From contig CM075978.1 in assembly GCA_038087875.1 (NCBI GenBank), positions 162,688,001-162,752,000 of the forward strand: DNA of 64,000 nt. The letters are read 5' to 3'. Source of the DNA: Malacoraja senta (lineage: Eukaryota). Position numbers and translations under genes: made by a program. Of the stretch, positions 1-14,158 are shown one piece after another (the stretch's first letter is position 1; the number at the start of each line of letters is the position of its first letter). The notes under the pieces were generated by a model that was not told the DNA's origin, did no database searches, and saw only the letters and a program-made list of their open reading frames with translations.

Positions 1-3000
1 GCTGGTGGTTGCAGCCTGATGGATGACATCTTGTCTGATGCCCCTTTCCGATCCACAGTGTGTTATGTCAGATGGGGTTTTACTCATTGCCAATAATCAT
101 CAGCACAGTTTTTCATAATCTTTTCTTAAGCAATTTAAATTTCAAACATGCTCACGCGGTGTTTATTTTCTGCAGTGTGTGTGTTTGTCTGTGTCCCAGT
201 GTTTGTGTGTTTTATTCCAAGTAGAACAAAGGCAGCTCTTTGTTGATAATTACAGACTCACTCAGCAAAAAAAAAAAAAAAACACTATTTCAAGGTTTCT
301 TCCCCCATTCTTTCTATTATAAGAAATATTGGTCATTTACTTCATTCGCACATAACAACAGTTTTTAGGATTGTACATTGCAGATTTTACAAGGCATACA
401 ATAACCTGCGGCTAGAGTTGTTCATGAAATGTTTTTTTTCCCTTGGAATCAGGCACATGTGTTGTTGCACACTTCACAGCATCTGAGTGCACAATTAATT
501 TTATGGTGGATGAGTTTTCTTTTTTCTGAAAATCTGTTCATAATTGTGCTGGTTGAATTTGCAGGAGCTTTCACAGAGAATGATGACTTCCCCCTCCTGG
601 ATTTGATCTGCTCCTATGGGAGGTGCAATTTAGATAGTGCAGTATCGATTTTTGCCATAATAGGTACAGAGGTACCTCTCTGGCCTGTTCAGTCTGCCCA
701 CTCTCAACATCAGGATTGTCAGCTGCTGTGAGGAAGCCTGTCATTATTTTTTTCAAGTAAATCCATCACAGAAAAAAGGTGATGAAAATAAAATTATTTT
801 CACCTTGCTACAGAGAAGAATGGCAGTGTCCACCACTGAAATTATTCTTAATGCCTCCTGGTAACAAAGTAATCAGGAAACAGAAGGAAATGGTTTGTGA
901 AGGTTAATTTACTTTTAATTTGCCACAGACACTTCTGTGGGTTTTTTTTGTTTTGATGTCAAACAAAATGGTGCTATATTTTCCCTGAAGGAATACTAAT
1001 TGGGATAGAAACATAGAATCTGACTGGTGCATCACCGATATATATCATATATATATTGTATGAAGACCAGCTTTTCCAAAAGCAAGGATTGCAAATGAGG
1101 TTTGGAAATTCAAGTGGTAGCTTCCGAATGAAATGAGATTGTCAACAATTACTTGTGGAAAATAGGACATGCAAAAGTAAGAACCTCGGGGCTTGTCACT
1201 CCTGACCTCTGGAAGATTAGCGAGCCTCTTGAAGCTCATCTACTGAAGTCCAACCCAGAGGGGAAAAAAAACCCAATACTTAAAAGGAAACGTCGCCTCA
1301 TTACATTAAACCAGCACGAGGCACTCAAAAAACAGATTGTTTATAAAATTGTTTTAAAAAGTCATCTGACTTTGTGTTTATTAAGACTCATGCCATAGTT
1401 AGAAGACCATAGTTGTCTGCGTACATCAAGGAAAACAAAGAAAGAAATGTCCTTAACTGTCACTTTTAATAAGAGAAGTCAACCTGCCTCTATTCAGGTT
1501 AAATATTGCCCTGTCACTTTTCAATTGAGTCAACAGATTTTTTTTTAAAGTCAAAGCATAGTGTATGCAAAAATCTGTCATAATGTGACAGATCTGTTCT
1601 CATTCAAAAAATTCTATTGTGAAATCTGAAAACTAACTTTTCATAATCAGCAATGGCATTAAATGGAGTATTTGCATGATAACAATGGTTTTTCTAATTT
1701 AATGAAGGCTTGTAGGCTTCCATTGTAAAGTTTACAAGCACCTCCAGCATTTCCATTTGCAGTCATTTGAAAAAATATAGATTTATAAGGAAGCTATTTT
1801 AAAATGAAGCTTCCGTGTAACCAAGACATGCACATGGTATAAAAAATAGATGAATTGTTCTCTCGGTTTTCACTGTATAAATTTGATTATGAAATGTAAA
1901 ACATTTTACCAGTTAGTGTTCAGCAAGACAAAACATATGTAAAATGCATTCTAGTTACATGTCTTGTTAAGGTTCAGGTAACAATAATGTCAATATTATT
2001 GATTAAAAACAAACAAATCTCTGACCAGCAGAGGATGAGCAAAATGCTTCCAAATTCATAAGATGCTTCTTTTGAAATATTATACATATAATAATTATCA
2101 ATGTGGCTGTAGTGTGGAAAATGTAAGCAATAAAATTAAAAACCTATTTTTCCAAAATCAAAAGCTGAAATTGATTCACTAGTCATACAAGTCAAACAGC
2201 CAAATAAAAGCCACATAATCAGAAGGTGACCTTTATAAATAAATTTGAAAATTAAAAACTTGTGACAAATAATCTTGCCAGAAATTCTCACTCTTGACTC
2301 AGAGGTTTTACACTAACACTGAAATGCCAAAACAGAACAAACAACATTTCTACCCACTTACAATATGATGACTATTTTCATCATTATCATTTTTTCTTTT
2401 GTTCTGTAAAGATTCCCCACAAATTAAATCATATATTTTTCCTTATGAACACTGAGATGTCATGCTCTGATTGTGGATATATTTTTTTTAAATCGTGATT
2501 TCCTCATGCATCTTTATTGAATATGTTATAATCGTACCACATCATCATGGTATGTCACACAAAATTTGAAATTTGTTGATTCTGCAGAACATGTAAGCAA
2601 GTTCTGCCTTCACATTTTGTCAGCAAACATATTTTGGTAAAGCAGATTTGAAACTTTATAGGATTTACTGAATGCACAACCCACCTCTCATGCTTTGTCC
2701 AGTTCTGGAGCAATCTAACTCCTGGCAGTGCATTTGGAAGAATTGATAGTTTAGGAGTTAGCATTTCACTACGACAACTATTTCAATATATAGGCCATCT
2801 GTAGGTTTCTAGCACCCAACTTATGGTCACCAATACATACTGACGAGCTCCCACAATAATATTCAATTCAAAACCCTGTTATGCATATCTATGTTAATCC
2901 CCTTGGCAAAACTGGTTGCTTTTCCCTCTCGACTTTCAGTAATTGTTAATTCATATCAGTCTTACGTGTTTTTGATGCCATTCATTACAGTGGAGGTACA

Positions 3001-3079
3001 GTTACTGTATCGCATAATTATTGCGTATTTTCAGACTTATGAACGTCTGTAAAAATGGAGCTTGTTCGTTACCCAGAGA

Positions 3080-3460
3080 CTGCCTGTATACGGTGCTATT
3101 AACGCAGCAAATCATTCCAAGGCACTTCGCCGGACTGCTATCAAATAAAAACTGACACAAGCCACATAATATCTGGACAAATGATGAAAGGTTTGGTCCA
3201 AGAGATATTGCTTTGAGGAACACCCCGTAGGAGAGAGGAAAGGTAAGAAGGCATAAAGATTTAGCAGGAAATTCTGACCTTATGATCTTGACAACTGGAG
3301 CTGTGATATTCAATGGTGAAACAATTAAATCAGGGAACGATGAAGGGATTATAATTAAAGGAGTGGCGATACCAGGTAAATTAATGCAGCTAAAGGAGAT
3401 TACAATGGAAGGAAGATAAAAGACCATGGAGGAATTTGAAAACTGATGAGTATTAGTGGT
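3080..3460 (-). mobile_element. Old, degenerate L2-clade LINE 3' fragment
   Basis: Resembles, from memory, the elasmobranch L2 3' end (ccaaggcacttc...tcaaataaaaactgacacaagccacataa...ggtttggtccaagag...gaaattc). Accounts for the spurious ORF 3002..3502. Confidence 0.55.
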
Positions 3461-5198
3461 CCACCGTGATGCCATTGCAATAGGCTGCCTGAGCTTCTGC
3501 ATACTTTCAGAGAACTGTGCTAATTAAAAGAACTTCACTAATTAAAAGTTAACAAAAGCTCCATAACCACAGACATGTTTCCAGGTCAAAAATACCTGCC
3601 GATTTTGTGTGTTTTAAAGGTGTAGTTTGTTACTCAGAGTTTACATGGCCAGTAAGAACAGTTAGTGAGCAATGAACAAGATAAGAAAGATCCAATAACA
3701 CGAGCATGGTGCCATGTCATGAAGTACAAGTCTTTGCAACAGTAGCCCTTCATTGAGAATGCATAAAGCAAATGAGCTTAAGAAAGTGAATTAGTTGATT
3801 CTTTGCTAAATTGTATCAAGCTTCCCTGTCCTCCACACTTTTGTCACCTGCTGTAGCAGTAAAAAGAATAATTAAGTGTATATTGTGATCAACAATTAAT
3901 AGATTTTTGTAAGCAGACCAGTAATTAGGACTGAGCGAGAAGGAGTGGGAAAATCAATAGATTGAAACAGCTTCACACATGTTGTGCACAAAGTTTTAAT
4001 GATTCGTAGAAATCAATGATGAATTCTAAGCCTCTTTTAACTTCCAAGTAAGTTTTTATTGTGTTCATTTACTTTTAAATAATAAAAATAGCAGATTCAC
4101 AGTGAATTATCAATGATTAGAACTTCCAAACACCCTTGCAGACTGACCCCAATGTACTCTTCGATATTGGTCTGTAATTGGCAGAAGATGGAGTGTTGCA
4201 GGACTTTGTTTGGTACCTGATCAATACACCATTCACTAATTGTTCACATTGTATGAGCATAATCTGTTCCTGCCTACTTTCTATCTGGGTGCACTGCACT
4301 TATTTTTCTCATTACGGATTTAAAATTGTGATTATATTCATATGGCAAATAAATATTTTACAACTGACCACTGTAGGAGTATTTGGATTTATGAAAACAC
4401 AATGTTTTATTGTTTCTACTCGGGACTGCTTCCGCACAATTCAGCAGAAGCTGATCAAACAGAACAAGCCATGTCAAGTCTAAATTGAATTTGTCCATTA
4501 GTTTATAAAACCTGCACTGGAATTTGGCAAAGTTGGCAACATCCAAAATAAAATCAATCACCATTCATATTTCTGCTAATTGTGGATCCTTTTGCAGCTT
4601 CACTAGACTTTTAAAATCAAGCTTTTTGTTTAGCTACATGGATACCAATAGGCCTGTATAAAAACCTTTGCTATTTTAAATATTTGACAAGAGCTTAACA
4701 ATTGTACATCGATGCAGGTACTATTTCATTCATGATAGTTCCTGAAAATTATTTTCAGTTATACAAAGTTATGATACAGCAGCAGTAGATAGGATTTTAT
4801 TTTAAGATACTGTATTAGTAAAAGTGCATCAATTAGTACACATAACAAGAAAAATATGTTTATACACTCCTTTAAAATGCTGCAGGTTGCACAGATGATT
4901 TTTACATTTAAAGATGCACAAAGGAATCTGAGCAGAAATTTGGGGCGATAATGACTCTTAATGCCAATTCAGAGTAATTTGCACTTAGATGAATGAGCAG
5001 ACACAAAACAGAAAATCATGGCTTCTGTGTGAAGAATCCAGAAAGCATCTCTGTTCGGTGGTGCAAAACTAGCCACAGAAATTAAAGGAGTGGAATGTGA
5101 AGAGAGGTATGTCACAACGTGTCTGATAATCGAACCCATTTAGCATTAATGACCATGGGTAACACCCCACTAAGATATCCCCCAGCAATAAACCTTAC

Positions 5199-5305
5199 CT
5201 ATGCTGACATACTAGCCTCACTCTGTCTCCTTCATGTACATCAGCACATCAGTCAATAATCAAAGCTGAAATAAATGTGATTGTGCCAACAGAGGTGCCT
5301 GCAAT
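5199..5305 (-). other. Candidate non-coding exon (107 nt)
   Basis: Minus-strand acceptor ctgattacttgtttttctcag|ATTGC and donor TAG|GTAAGG. Stops in all three frames. Could be a pseudo-exon. Confidence 0.25.
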
Positions 5306-5516
5306 CTGAGAAAAACAAGTAATCAGATCAATGTGTATAGTGTGGTACTGTGATCTATATCACCTACTTCTATGAAAAGACCACTTTATGTTAAAATGCT
5401 AACATCCATAGTCCTTTAAAATAGAAACGATTTCAATAAGTTTAAAAAGACACAGTTCTGGGATCATCAAGCAAGTCATAAGCATCTGTACAGGCAGAAA
5501 GTTAGTTTGATGTTTC

Positions 5517-5645
5517 TGTCTGAAGATCTTCGGTGTGAAATATTAACTCTATCTTTCTCACTTCACAGATCCCTGTTGTGTATACTGGCTCCAATGTTTT
5601 CCACCTTCATTTCAGATTTCTACAAACTGCAGTATTTTAATTTTA
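5517..5645 (+). mobile_element. Highly decayed Penelope-derived short element (older subfamily)
   Basis: ctgaaga...gaaatattaactct...cacagat...ttcagattt...ctgcagtatttt follows the layout of the younger Penelope termini in this window. Confidence 0.45.
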
Positions 5646-7384
5646 ATTATTTGATATTCTTTATAAAATTTAAACTTGCATTTAAGAGAAATAATCTCTT
5701 CAGTCAGTTGAATAGATATTAGCACAACATATATGCATCAGCATCGTTGTATTAACAAATATGATTAAATCAATTGCGTGAGTGAAAAATGTGATATGGA
5801 CAATAAATATTACAAAATATTAAAATAGAAGTAAAATTTACTGAAAATTGCTTCCAATGGTTTATGCACGAAGATGTACATAGTTGCTAAAGGATCTAAT
5901 TATTATACACATTTCTGCAGAACACTATCTTGTTTGGCTCCTTAAGACATTATAGGGAGATGGTGCACTGTACATGATATTCCCTATTAATCATATATCT
6001 AGCTGAAAGTGCAGAAATAAATTGCAAAATCAGCAAAATATTTTTGCAGACCAATTCAATGTTGAGTACACAACCTATGTAAAGCAATCTCTTTGGAGAG
6101 AGTGGAAAGGAACCTGAAGCAATCAAAAGCATATATCTTATATCAATATTGTAAGGAAAATGTGCTGCACGATTGTGAAAATTAGCATCTTAGCTCATTC
6201 ATAATATTACTAGTATTGTGCATTTTTAGTGAATTGAATTTACAGAATTTTAAACAGATTCTGTTGGATGCCAGAAGGTGACAACTAAAGGCAGAATTTG
6301 TCAACTTTAGTTAATGAAAGGTTTTCATATCAGATATTAAAATGAGATGGGCTTTACATCACCACTTTTATATCACATTAAAAACTTATTAAATCAGTTA
6401 TACCATAGCTGAGCAAACAAGCTCCACCTGAAGGTAAAACGGTTTTAAAACTAGAGAGAGTGTTTTAGAGAGAGCATAACTAATGATGCTAAGATATCCT
6501 GCCCATGAAATAATTCAAGCAGTGAGGATATTTAATTTAAAACAATTTACTTGTTCTAAGATTTTATTTTAAATGTTAAGAATATGTAAATGAGATCAGC
6601 ATAATTAATTATCCCCATGTGAATAAGACTAAAGAAGTTTGACATTCCATCTAAAAACATAAACTGAACCAAATCTGCAATTCAGTCGTAACCTATTTCT
6701 AAGTTTTCACTCAACCCAATTTGTTTGAGTGCAATTTGCATTTTTCATTGTTAAGATAAACATAAGTAAGACATAAAAATCTCAGATTAAGAATAATCCA
6801 AGTTTATGATTAAATGCCTTTGCTTTTTATATTACAGCTGTAACCTCACCGGTCGGTCGGTCACGCCTCAAATGACCACTTAAAGAATTAAGGGTTATCC
6901 CAGCAATTATTTACAACCGGGTTCCTTTGACCTGCAGTGGGAACACAAAGTCTGAAACTTTAAATTACATTGCTGATCAATCTATCAGCCAAAGCTGTTG
7001 GAACTGCCTTTATTTTGTACAAGATCTGAAATTATAGGAATAATGAGCTTGAACTATATCCAAGCATTGCTTCAGGCAATGGGGTTGTTGATCACTTGAC
7101 TATAGTACATGCTCAAAATATTTCTAGACTTGATACAACTTGATTAGAGAAGGCAGGTGAGAGCTTCCTGGAAAATGGTCAAATAGGTTACTTTTGTGCC
7201 ATCAATCATGCCACCGTGCAGAGGTGTTATGTATGGTAATAGTGATTTAACAAGTGTGTTAATAGCAGGAACTGCTGGCTAAAGTGCTGAACTACTTTCT
7301 ATGGATTTACTTAATTTCAACATTGGAGGGAATTTGTCATTCAGAAAGCCCAATCCAGAAAACAACATTAAATATAATAATGTG

Positions 7385-7533
7385 CAGGAAGGAACTGCAG
7401 ATGCCGGCTTAAACCGAAGATAAACACAAAAAGCTGGAGTAACTCAGTGGGTCAAACAGCATCTCCAGAGAAAAGGAACAGGTGATGTTTTGGGTCAAGA
7501 CCTTTGGCTGAAACGTCACCCATTCCTTTTCTC
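7385..7533 (-). mobile_element. Penelope-derived short element with a short inverted arm
   Basis: aggaactgcagatg...gctggagtaactcag...ggtgatgttttgggtc, then inverted gaaacgtcacccattccttttctc. Flanked by a TSD-like aatataat(aa)tgtg / aatataatgtg. Confidence 0.8.
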
Positions 7534-7706
7534 AATGAAATATAATGTGTGTGTGTGTTTCTTATAATCCATATACTACATATTGCTGAACATTATGACT
7601 TAGTGCTAAAATATATAGCATGCCACAGGATGAGCAGGCCAGCAAATATAAAGAGCAAAGTGGTATCTGGGAAGATAGCACAGACGTAGAAATACAAAAT
7701 AACAGA

Positions 7707-8030
7707 GGTGGCACAGTGACACAGCTGCTGTCTCACAATGCCAGGACCCAGGTTCAAATTTGACTTACGCTGCTGTCTGTGTGGAGTTCACATGTTGTCT
7801 ATGTGACTGTATAGGTTTCCTATGGCTGCTCTGGTAACCACTCACATCCAAAACTATGGGTTGATAGGTCCATTTTCCCCTCTAAATTGCCTCGAGTACA
7901 GACGTGACTGGTCAAATCAAGGGAAGGGGTTAATGGGAATGGGAAGAGAAAAGGATACAATAAAAAATTGTTGGGGAATGGCATTGCTCTGTGAGTTAGC
8001 ATATACATGATGGGTGGAATGGCCTTTTGT
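7707..8030 (+). mobile_element. Degenerate tRNA-derived V-SINE (HE1-like)
   Basis: tRNA-like head (gtggcacagtg...ggttcaaat) and V-domain gtctgtgtggagttcacatgtt...ggtttcc. Confidence 0.75.
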
Positions 8031-8983
8031 GACATCTTGAGAAATGAAAAGGGAATTGCGTAATGATATGAAAATAAAAAGTCACACGTTAGTCCTTTGA
8101 TCGGAACCGAATATTTCTTGGCCAGCAATAGCTGATTATTTTTCATCTAACTAGAGCAATTATGCATAATTGTTAATAATTATGTGCAATGTACCAGGAG
8201 ACCATTCTACTGAAGAAAGGTTTGGAAAAGAGCTACTTGCTATCGTTCATTGAAACAAATTATCTCCCTTTAATTATTTTTAATAAAAAATAATAATTTA
8301 TTTGTATTTGTACATGTTTTCCAAAGGGAAATTAAAGTGACCAAAACATTTGTGACATCATTTAAACTTTTCACTGAGTTTGGAGCTTTTCAGTCACTCT
8401 CCGGAGTCTATTGTATTTAATATATTAAAAATTAATTTAGCAATTACTCTCCTGTCTACAAACATTACTTTCTGTTCTCATGCTTTTCTTGAACATCAGG
8501 ATTACATCCTCTGTTATAAATTCCTAGCTTCACATATAATAGTAATTCCCTAAGTAAACTAATCACAATGTTGTTGCACTTTTCCACAAAAGGGACCATT
8601 TTACATCTCTCAATTGCAGAAATACACATGTTCTCCATCTCGATCTACATACCAGCTTCCCTAATGACCTTAATTTTGCTCCTTTACTGTGAATGTTTGC
8701 TTGGATTTGACTGGTAAATGCCAACGTTTCTGAATGTTGAATCAGCTTTCAGATCCTGTATCGACCAAAACCTGGTTTGGGATCTGAAAACCATGGATTA
8801 CACATCTCTGGAGAAAAGAGAAGCAACGGTGGAGAAACAGGGCGAGAGTTCCTTTCAAAAACAATGTTTTATAAATATTTTTATTATTTTTTATCATTTA
8901 AATTGTTTCAATTCGATTGTTATCAAATTTTATTTGAAACAACTTACTTCACTTTTAATAGTGCTTAAAAGTTTCTGCATTCA

Positions 8984-9366
8984 GAGCATTAGGGAGAACT
9001 TGGGCAGGCGTGGACTTTATTCCTTGCAGCGCAGGAGGGTGAGGGGTGATCCTATAGAGATGTATAAAGTCATGAAGGAAATAAATAAGGTGAATGAACA
9101 GTCTTTTCCCCAGTGGAGGGGGTGTCAAGAACCAGAGGTTTAAGGTGAAAGGGGAAAGATTTAATAGGAATCTGAGAAGCAACATTATCACTCATGGATG
9201 AAAGGAACCAGCTGCCGCATGAGGTAGTTGAGGCAGGTACTGTAACAGCATTTAAAGAACACTTGGACAGGTACATGGATAGGAAAGGTTTTGAGGGTCA
9301 CGAGCAAATGTGGCATGTGGACCCTAGATGGGACTTGTGGGTCGGCATGGATGAATTGGGCCAAAG
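8984..9366 (+). mobile_element. CR1 (HER1-like) LINE 3' fragment
   Basis: Translates to GLYSLQRRRVRGDPIEMYK and LPHEVVEAGTVTAFKEHLDRYM, the CR1 ORF2 C-terminus, with frameshifts. Confidence 0.9.
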
Positions 9367-9899
9367 ACACCACGGATGGTATTTTCTAGTGCGTTTGTGA
9401 TTCATGCTGCCATGTGGGGTTTTCAGTGATGTAAATACCAGCTACCTTCACCGCACCTCAAGACATCACCGCACTGAAGGATTCTCCAGTACACCATTAC
9501 ACTGGTAGTTGCGCAGGTCACACTCATGGAGCTTGGGTCAATTTACATCAGCAGAATAGGCCCTCTGCATCATAACTACTTAGTAATTACAGGTGACGGT
9601 GGACAGAAATTGCAAGTAGTAGATCATACCAAGAAGACTTTAGTCAATCTCAAACTTAAACTTTGTTCAAATGTTTGTATAACTATAAAGAGGAGACAGA
9701 ATATCATCTACAAGCCTTTATCCAAAATACGCACATTAAGGAAGGGGTGTTATACATAAAATATGTTAAATGGCTTTCCCATCATCGCCTGCATGATTGA
9801 CATGAAATATCATAACTATGTCAATCTTTGAAGTAGGATGGCATCACTCCCTGAGCAGACTAGACAAAGTTGTCCCAAGAGTGACAAACCTCCCATTAT

Positions 9900-10300
9900 T
9901 GGAGACCCAACCACTATTCCTTCTCACTTCCAAACCTCTAACCAGGTCCCAATATCCCCAGTTACAGTATACTCCCAAACTCAATTCTCACTCGCTCCTG
10001 AATGCTGATCTCACTCCAGACCTACTGATCAACTTCCAAACCCAGTCATAATCATTCCCCCCAAGAACCCAAAACCTTATCCTCATCCGCTAATCTTCCC
10101 AACAACTAATCGTGCCTCTGACCCTCCAATCGCACTCCCAACTTTCCAATCATGTATCTGACCTCCAATCGGTTTCCCAAAAGAGAATCCTGCTCCAAAC
10201 CTCCAAACACTCTACCAATGGTCCATACATGTTCTCAATACTTCAGTCTTGCAACTGATCACGCGTGAAATTCCCAAACCCTGATTTCAACGTCCATGAT
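9900..10300 (+). repeat. C-rich degenerate minisatellite-like tract
   Basis: Recurring tccaa/ccaatc/ctcc motifs at roughly 20-nt spacing, with a strong C-over-G skew. Confidence 0.4.
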
Positions 10301-11829
10301 GTTGAAGGCATTGTTGTCCACTCTACACCACAGCTCCTTTCACAAATCCAAGATGCACCTGAACCATCAGGTTCATATGGCCATTGATACCTCCTTCTCT
10401 GACCTGGCCTCTATCCTAGCAGGAACAGTTTCACCAAGTGAAATACGCAAAGCTCTTTTAATCACACCAGCAGCCTTGGACTGGAGATCTGCAGAAACTT
10501 TCAGCAGAAAGACCACAGCCAAAGAAGCTGCTAATGCACTACTCCGCCACCATCTAAAGCAACACAGAACTTCTTGGCTATTTTTAAAGGAAAGTTTATT
10601 TCTTTTATGGTAAGTTAAGAGGATAAGCATGCTGTTCTTTATTATTAAGCCTAGAATGACTCAGTTTTAACTGATAGAATAAAAAACACCTCCTAGCTGG
10701 GAAGTAGTCTTTTTCTTACCAATAAAATTCTATGCCAGTAATAAATGTTAACCAGGCAGAATTTATATTTTCATTCATTAATTTTGAGACGCTGCACATG
10801 GTCTTCAAAATGCTCTTGTCAACTACTAAGTAATCCCATCTGTTCATAGGATCTTTGGGGATAATGGCATACAGGTAGTGAAAGTGTCTGAAAGAGTCAA
10901 AGCGTAAACAGAAATGGACCAAAAGTTCGAGATGAAACAAAACAAAATGGAAGATTGTGGTAAATAAATATTTACGGTTAAATCTGAACTCGTCTGTTTT
11001 ATTATTACCAATCGTTGTTTAGTTGTACAAAATTGATGCATCTTTTGAAGATTTTTTTAATAGAAGTGATTATACCTAATTTTTCCAAACACTAAAATAA
11101 TCAGGTAAAAGGCAAATAAAAACAGAACCAAAAAGTGAATAAATACTTCCCGATTCCAGAGAATATTTTTATTTACTCCCCAAATCATGAAAACCCTTCA
11201 AGATATACTGAACATTAAAAGAGAATTTAGGTTAAATTATTTTTAGACTCCCTCAAGGGAAGAGTTAAAACAATTAGTTCCATGACTGAGCAGATTTTGT
11301 TTTTTAATTAAGCAAATGTTCTTTCAGAAAATGGGTTAATTACAGGACTGGCTCATGTACCAGAGTACAGCACAGCAAAGCGGTAGGTTGAGGATTTGCA
11401 ACTATGATTCCTTCCTCAGCCAGCTTCCGATTCTCGGTATATTATCTGAAAACATCACCCAAGAGATTGTTGGTCGGGAATGTTAGTGAGATGTGGCGAG
11501 ATTTAAAAAAATATGAAGGAAAAAGTGCAGCAAAGCAAACTGCTTTGTGTGGCTTTGAGTAATTAATCTTGGGATGATATTCGTAAGGATTCAGTAGTAG
11601 GTAATGCCGCAGCACAGATCTAAATAACCAAATTTATTTATTGCATTTATTAGCACAGAAAACAAATTTAAAACACACTCTGGTCCTATTATTGCGTATT
11701 ATTACTTAAGGCAAGAAAATGTTTAGTGTTTCTGTTGCATTGTTAATTTTTTTTTTAATGTTTTTGTTCACTTAATGGGCATGGATTTATTAGCCATGCT
11801 TATTTATCTGTGCATTAAGTGGATGCTGG

Positions 11830-12100
11830 GGCTTTTCAATGGACAGAGAGCCAACCACACTGAAGCGATGTATTCAGCCAGTGAAGTCAGACACACCCTG
11901 ACTGGTATCATTGAACCAGATGTTTTTTTAAGTGACTATCCAATATATTTTCATGGTCACTGAAACTAGCTTTTTAATTCCAAATTTATTTAATTACTTG
12001 GATTTAAATTCCCCAGATGCTTTGTTGGGTTTTAAGCTCATGTCAGTCAATCAATAGTCAAGGCCTGGATAATGGTTCACAACTTAACCATCTTACTACC
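11830..12100 (-). mobile_element. Old tRNA-derived SINE of a second elasmobranch family
   Basis: Minus strand reads ggtagtaag...ccaggccttgactattgattgactgacatgagcttaaaaccc...ggggaatttaaat...aaaaagctag...gtgaccatgaaa...catctggttca, matching a shark SINE layout recalled from memory. Confidence 0.55.
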
Positions 12101-13176
12101 TCCCTCCCATGCCAATTTTTGTACAAAACCACGATTCACGACAGCCCGGAACAGTAGTTTTTATTATTTCTGCTGCTAAGTAGTCATAAAAAGTGATTAA
12201 TTAGTGTACGAATTAATCATAAAATCACTTGAAACTGCGACAAAGTGCTTTCTATAACTGAACATGGCATGTGAGGTATCTTCTGTCTAACTTGCTAATT
12301 CATGACTGGGATTTAGCTAACAGCGAGTTGACAGAACTGCACATCGACCTCAGCTAAATATTTGTATTTAACTCCAGAGTCTCTTCCAGCTTGGATTTAG
12401 AGAGTGTGCGGGACATTTTCCCACTGCGACACCTTGCATGCTGATTTGATCACTCCTACAGATGTATAAAATCCATCTCTGAACTGGCCAGAGCTATTCC
12501 CTGCCCATAAAATGAGAAGAAAGAAACTAAGTGAAGTCTAAGTCATGCTCCCAGGCTGGGCAAGAAATGCCAAATAGTTTAATCTCTCTAAAACACTGCA
12601 AACCCTTTTCCCAAGACATTCATAAACATTCAGAAACTTTCACAATCTTTTAAAACTAGAAAAGGAAGAAAATATATATATTTTAATTAATAGTTTTAAA
12701 ACCAACCAAGGTATCTAAAACAGCAAGACGTTGTAGATTTTTTATATATAAAAGGTTGGAAAGATGTTATAAAGGTATTTTTAAATTACCAGCCATAGAA
12801 AGATTTTTTGTAAATTACCATTCTAATTACATGAATTACTCACATCCGTTCCCTTCCTATAAAATCATCTGGGAAACACTGCTTCTCCCTCCGAAAATAT
12901 GTTACAGGATCTTGGGGCAAGTTCTCTCCAAAGATGTGGGCCATTAGCCCAAATTCTCACTCAATTGGTGAACTCAGTGTTGAGTCCAGAGTTGGAACAC
13001 AGCCAGTGATGAACTGCTGACAGCAGTGTCTGCATTTCCACATTGGAGCAGGCATGCACGGAAATCCCAAAGTCACAGTCAATTTTGCAGCACAATGACA
13101 ATTAACACCACTAACGTTTCCATCATTATTACCCAGAGAAATATGGGCCAATTCCGACTCAAATGGTATAAATGTG

Positions 13177-13290
13177 CATGGACAGGAGCGTGGATAGGAA
13201 AGGTTTAGAAGAATATGGGTCAAATGTGGGCAAATGAAACTTGCATGGACAAGTTGGGCTGAAGGGCCTGTTTCCGTGTTGTACGATTCT
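13177..13290 (+). mobile_element. CR1 3'-terminal fragment
   Basis: ggataggaaaggtttag...gcatggacaagttgggctgaagggcctgtttccgtgttgta, the same tail as the copies at 9.3 kb and 62.2 kb. Confidence 0.85.
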
Positions 13291-13659
13291 GGCTCAATGC
13301 AGACGGCATGATTTTGAGTTGATTGCTACTGAGACTTAGTCATCAATATTCACCGAAAGGATAGACATTTATATTCCTGTTCCGCTGGAAGTAGTGTGGA
13401 TAGATGGAGGAGGTTGGAGATATGGCTAAAGGTTGATGGGGAATCGGTGGGGGGGTGGCAGGCCCATGAGACAACATACAGGAGATGTTCTGCAGCATGC
13501 ATTTTGGAGTCACTTTGATTCTATCATGTCCTTGATTTATTTCTAGACTCCCCTACCAGACCACCTGAGCAGTGTGATGACATGCACAGCTCAAATTTGG
13601 ATCCAGTTGCAGGTGTATTGCAAGCATGACATCTGATGAATTCTAGAGCGTGGGCTCCA

Positions 13660-13920
13660 GGAACTGCAGATGCTAGTTTAAAAATAACACAAAACTTTGC
13701 AGTAATTCAGCGGGTCAGGCAGCATTCCTGGCGGACAGAGATAGGTGATGTTTCGGTTCAGAAACCTTCTTCAGACTGATTGTAGTAGTGGGAGAAAGCT
13801 GTAAAAGAGAGGTTGGGCTGGGACAAATAGGTGGGTCAACACACAATGCTGGAGTAACTCAGCGGGAAAGGCAGCATCTCTGGAGAGTAGGAACGTTTCG
13901 GGTTGAGACCCTTCTTCAGG
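13660..13920 (-). mobile_element. Two tandem, same-orientation Penelope-derived termini
   Basis: Copies at about 13660-13830 and 13838-13920, each ending in a hammerhead-like segment (ccttcttcag). A tandem terminus arrangement is typical of Penelope pseudo-LTRs. Confidence 0.8.
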
Positions 13921-14038
13921 TCTCCAGATTCCAGACATTCAGCCTCATCCTTACGCAATGCCATGTCTTGACCTCAGTTATCTTCAGCAAACATTCTTCA
14001 TCCATTCATCCCGTCAACAAATGTGCCGCTATTCTACT

Positions 14039-14158
14039 ACGGGGAAAAGGCAGGAGAATGGAGTTAGGAAGGAGAGATAGATCAGCCATGATTGAATGGC
14101 GGAGTAGACTTGATGGGCCGAATGGCCTAATTCTACTCCTATCACATGACCTTATGAC
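14039..14158 (+). mobile_element. CR1 3'-terminal fragment
   Basis: ggcaggagaatgg...atcagccatgattgaatggcggagtagacttgatgggccgaatggcctaattct, plus an atgacc tail. Confidence 0.85.

Noticed and set aside
2215-2236. atcagaaggtgac resembles part of miR-383
   Set aside because: Both ends diverge from the mature sequence as I recall it, and there is no pre-miRNA hairpin.
9364-9382. caccacgga resembles a REST/RE1 core
   Set aside because: Both flanks mismatch the consensus and it sits at a CR1 junction.
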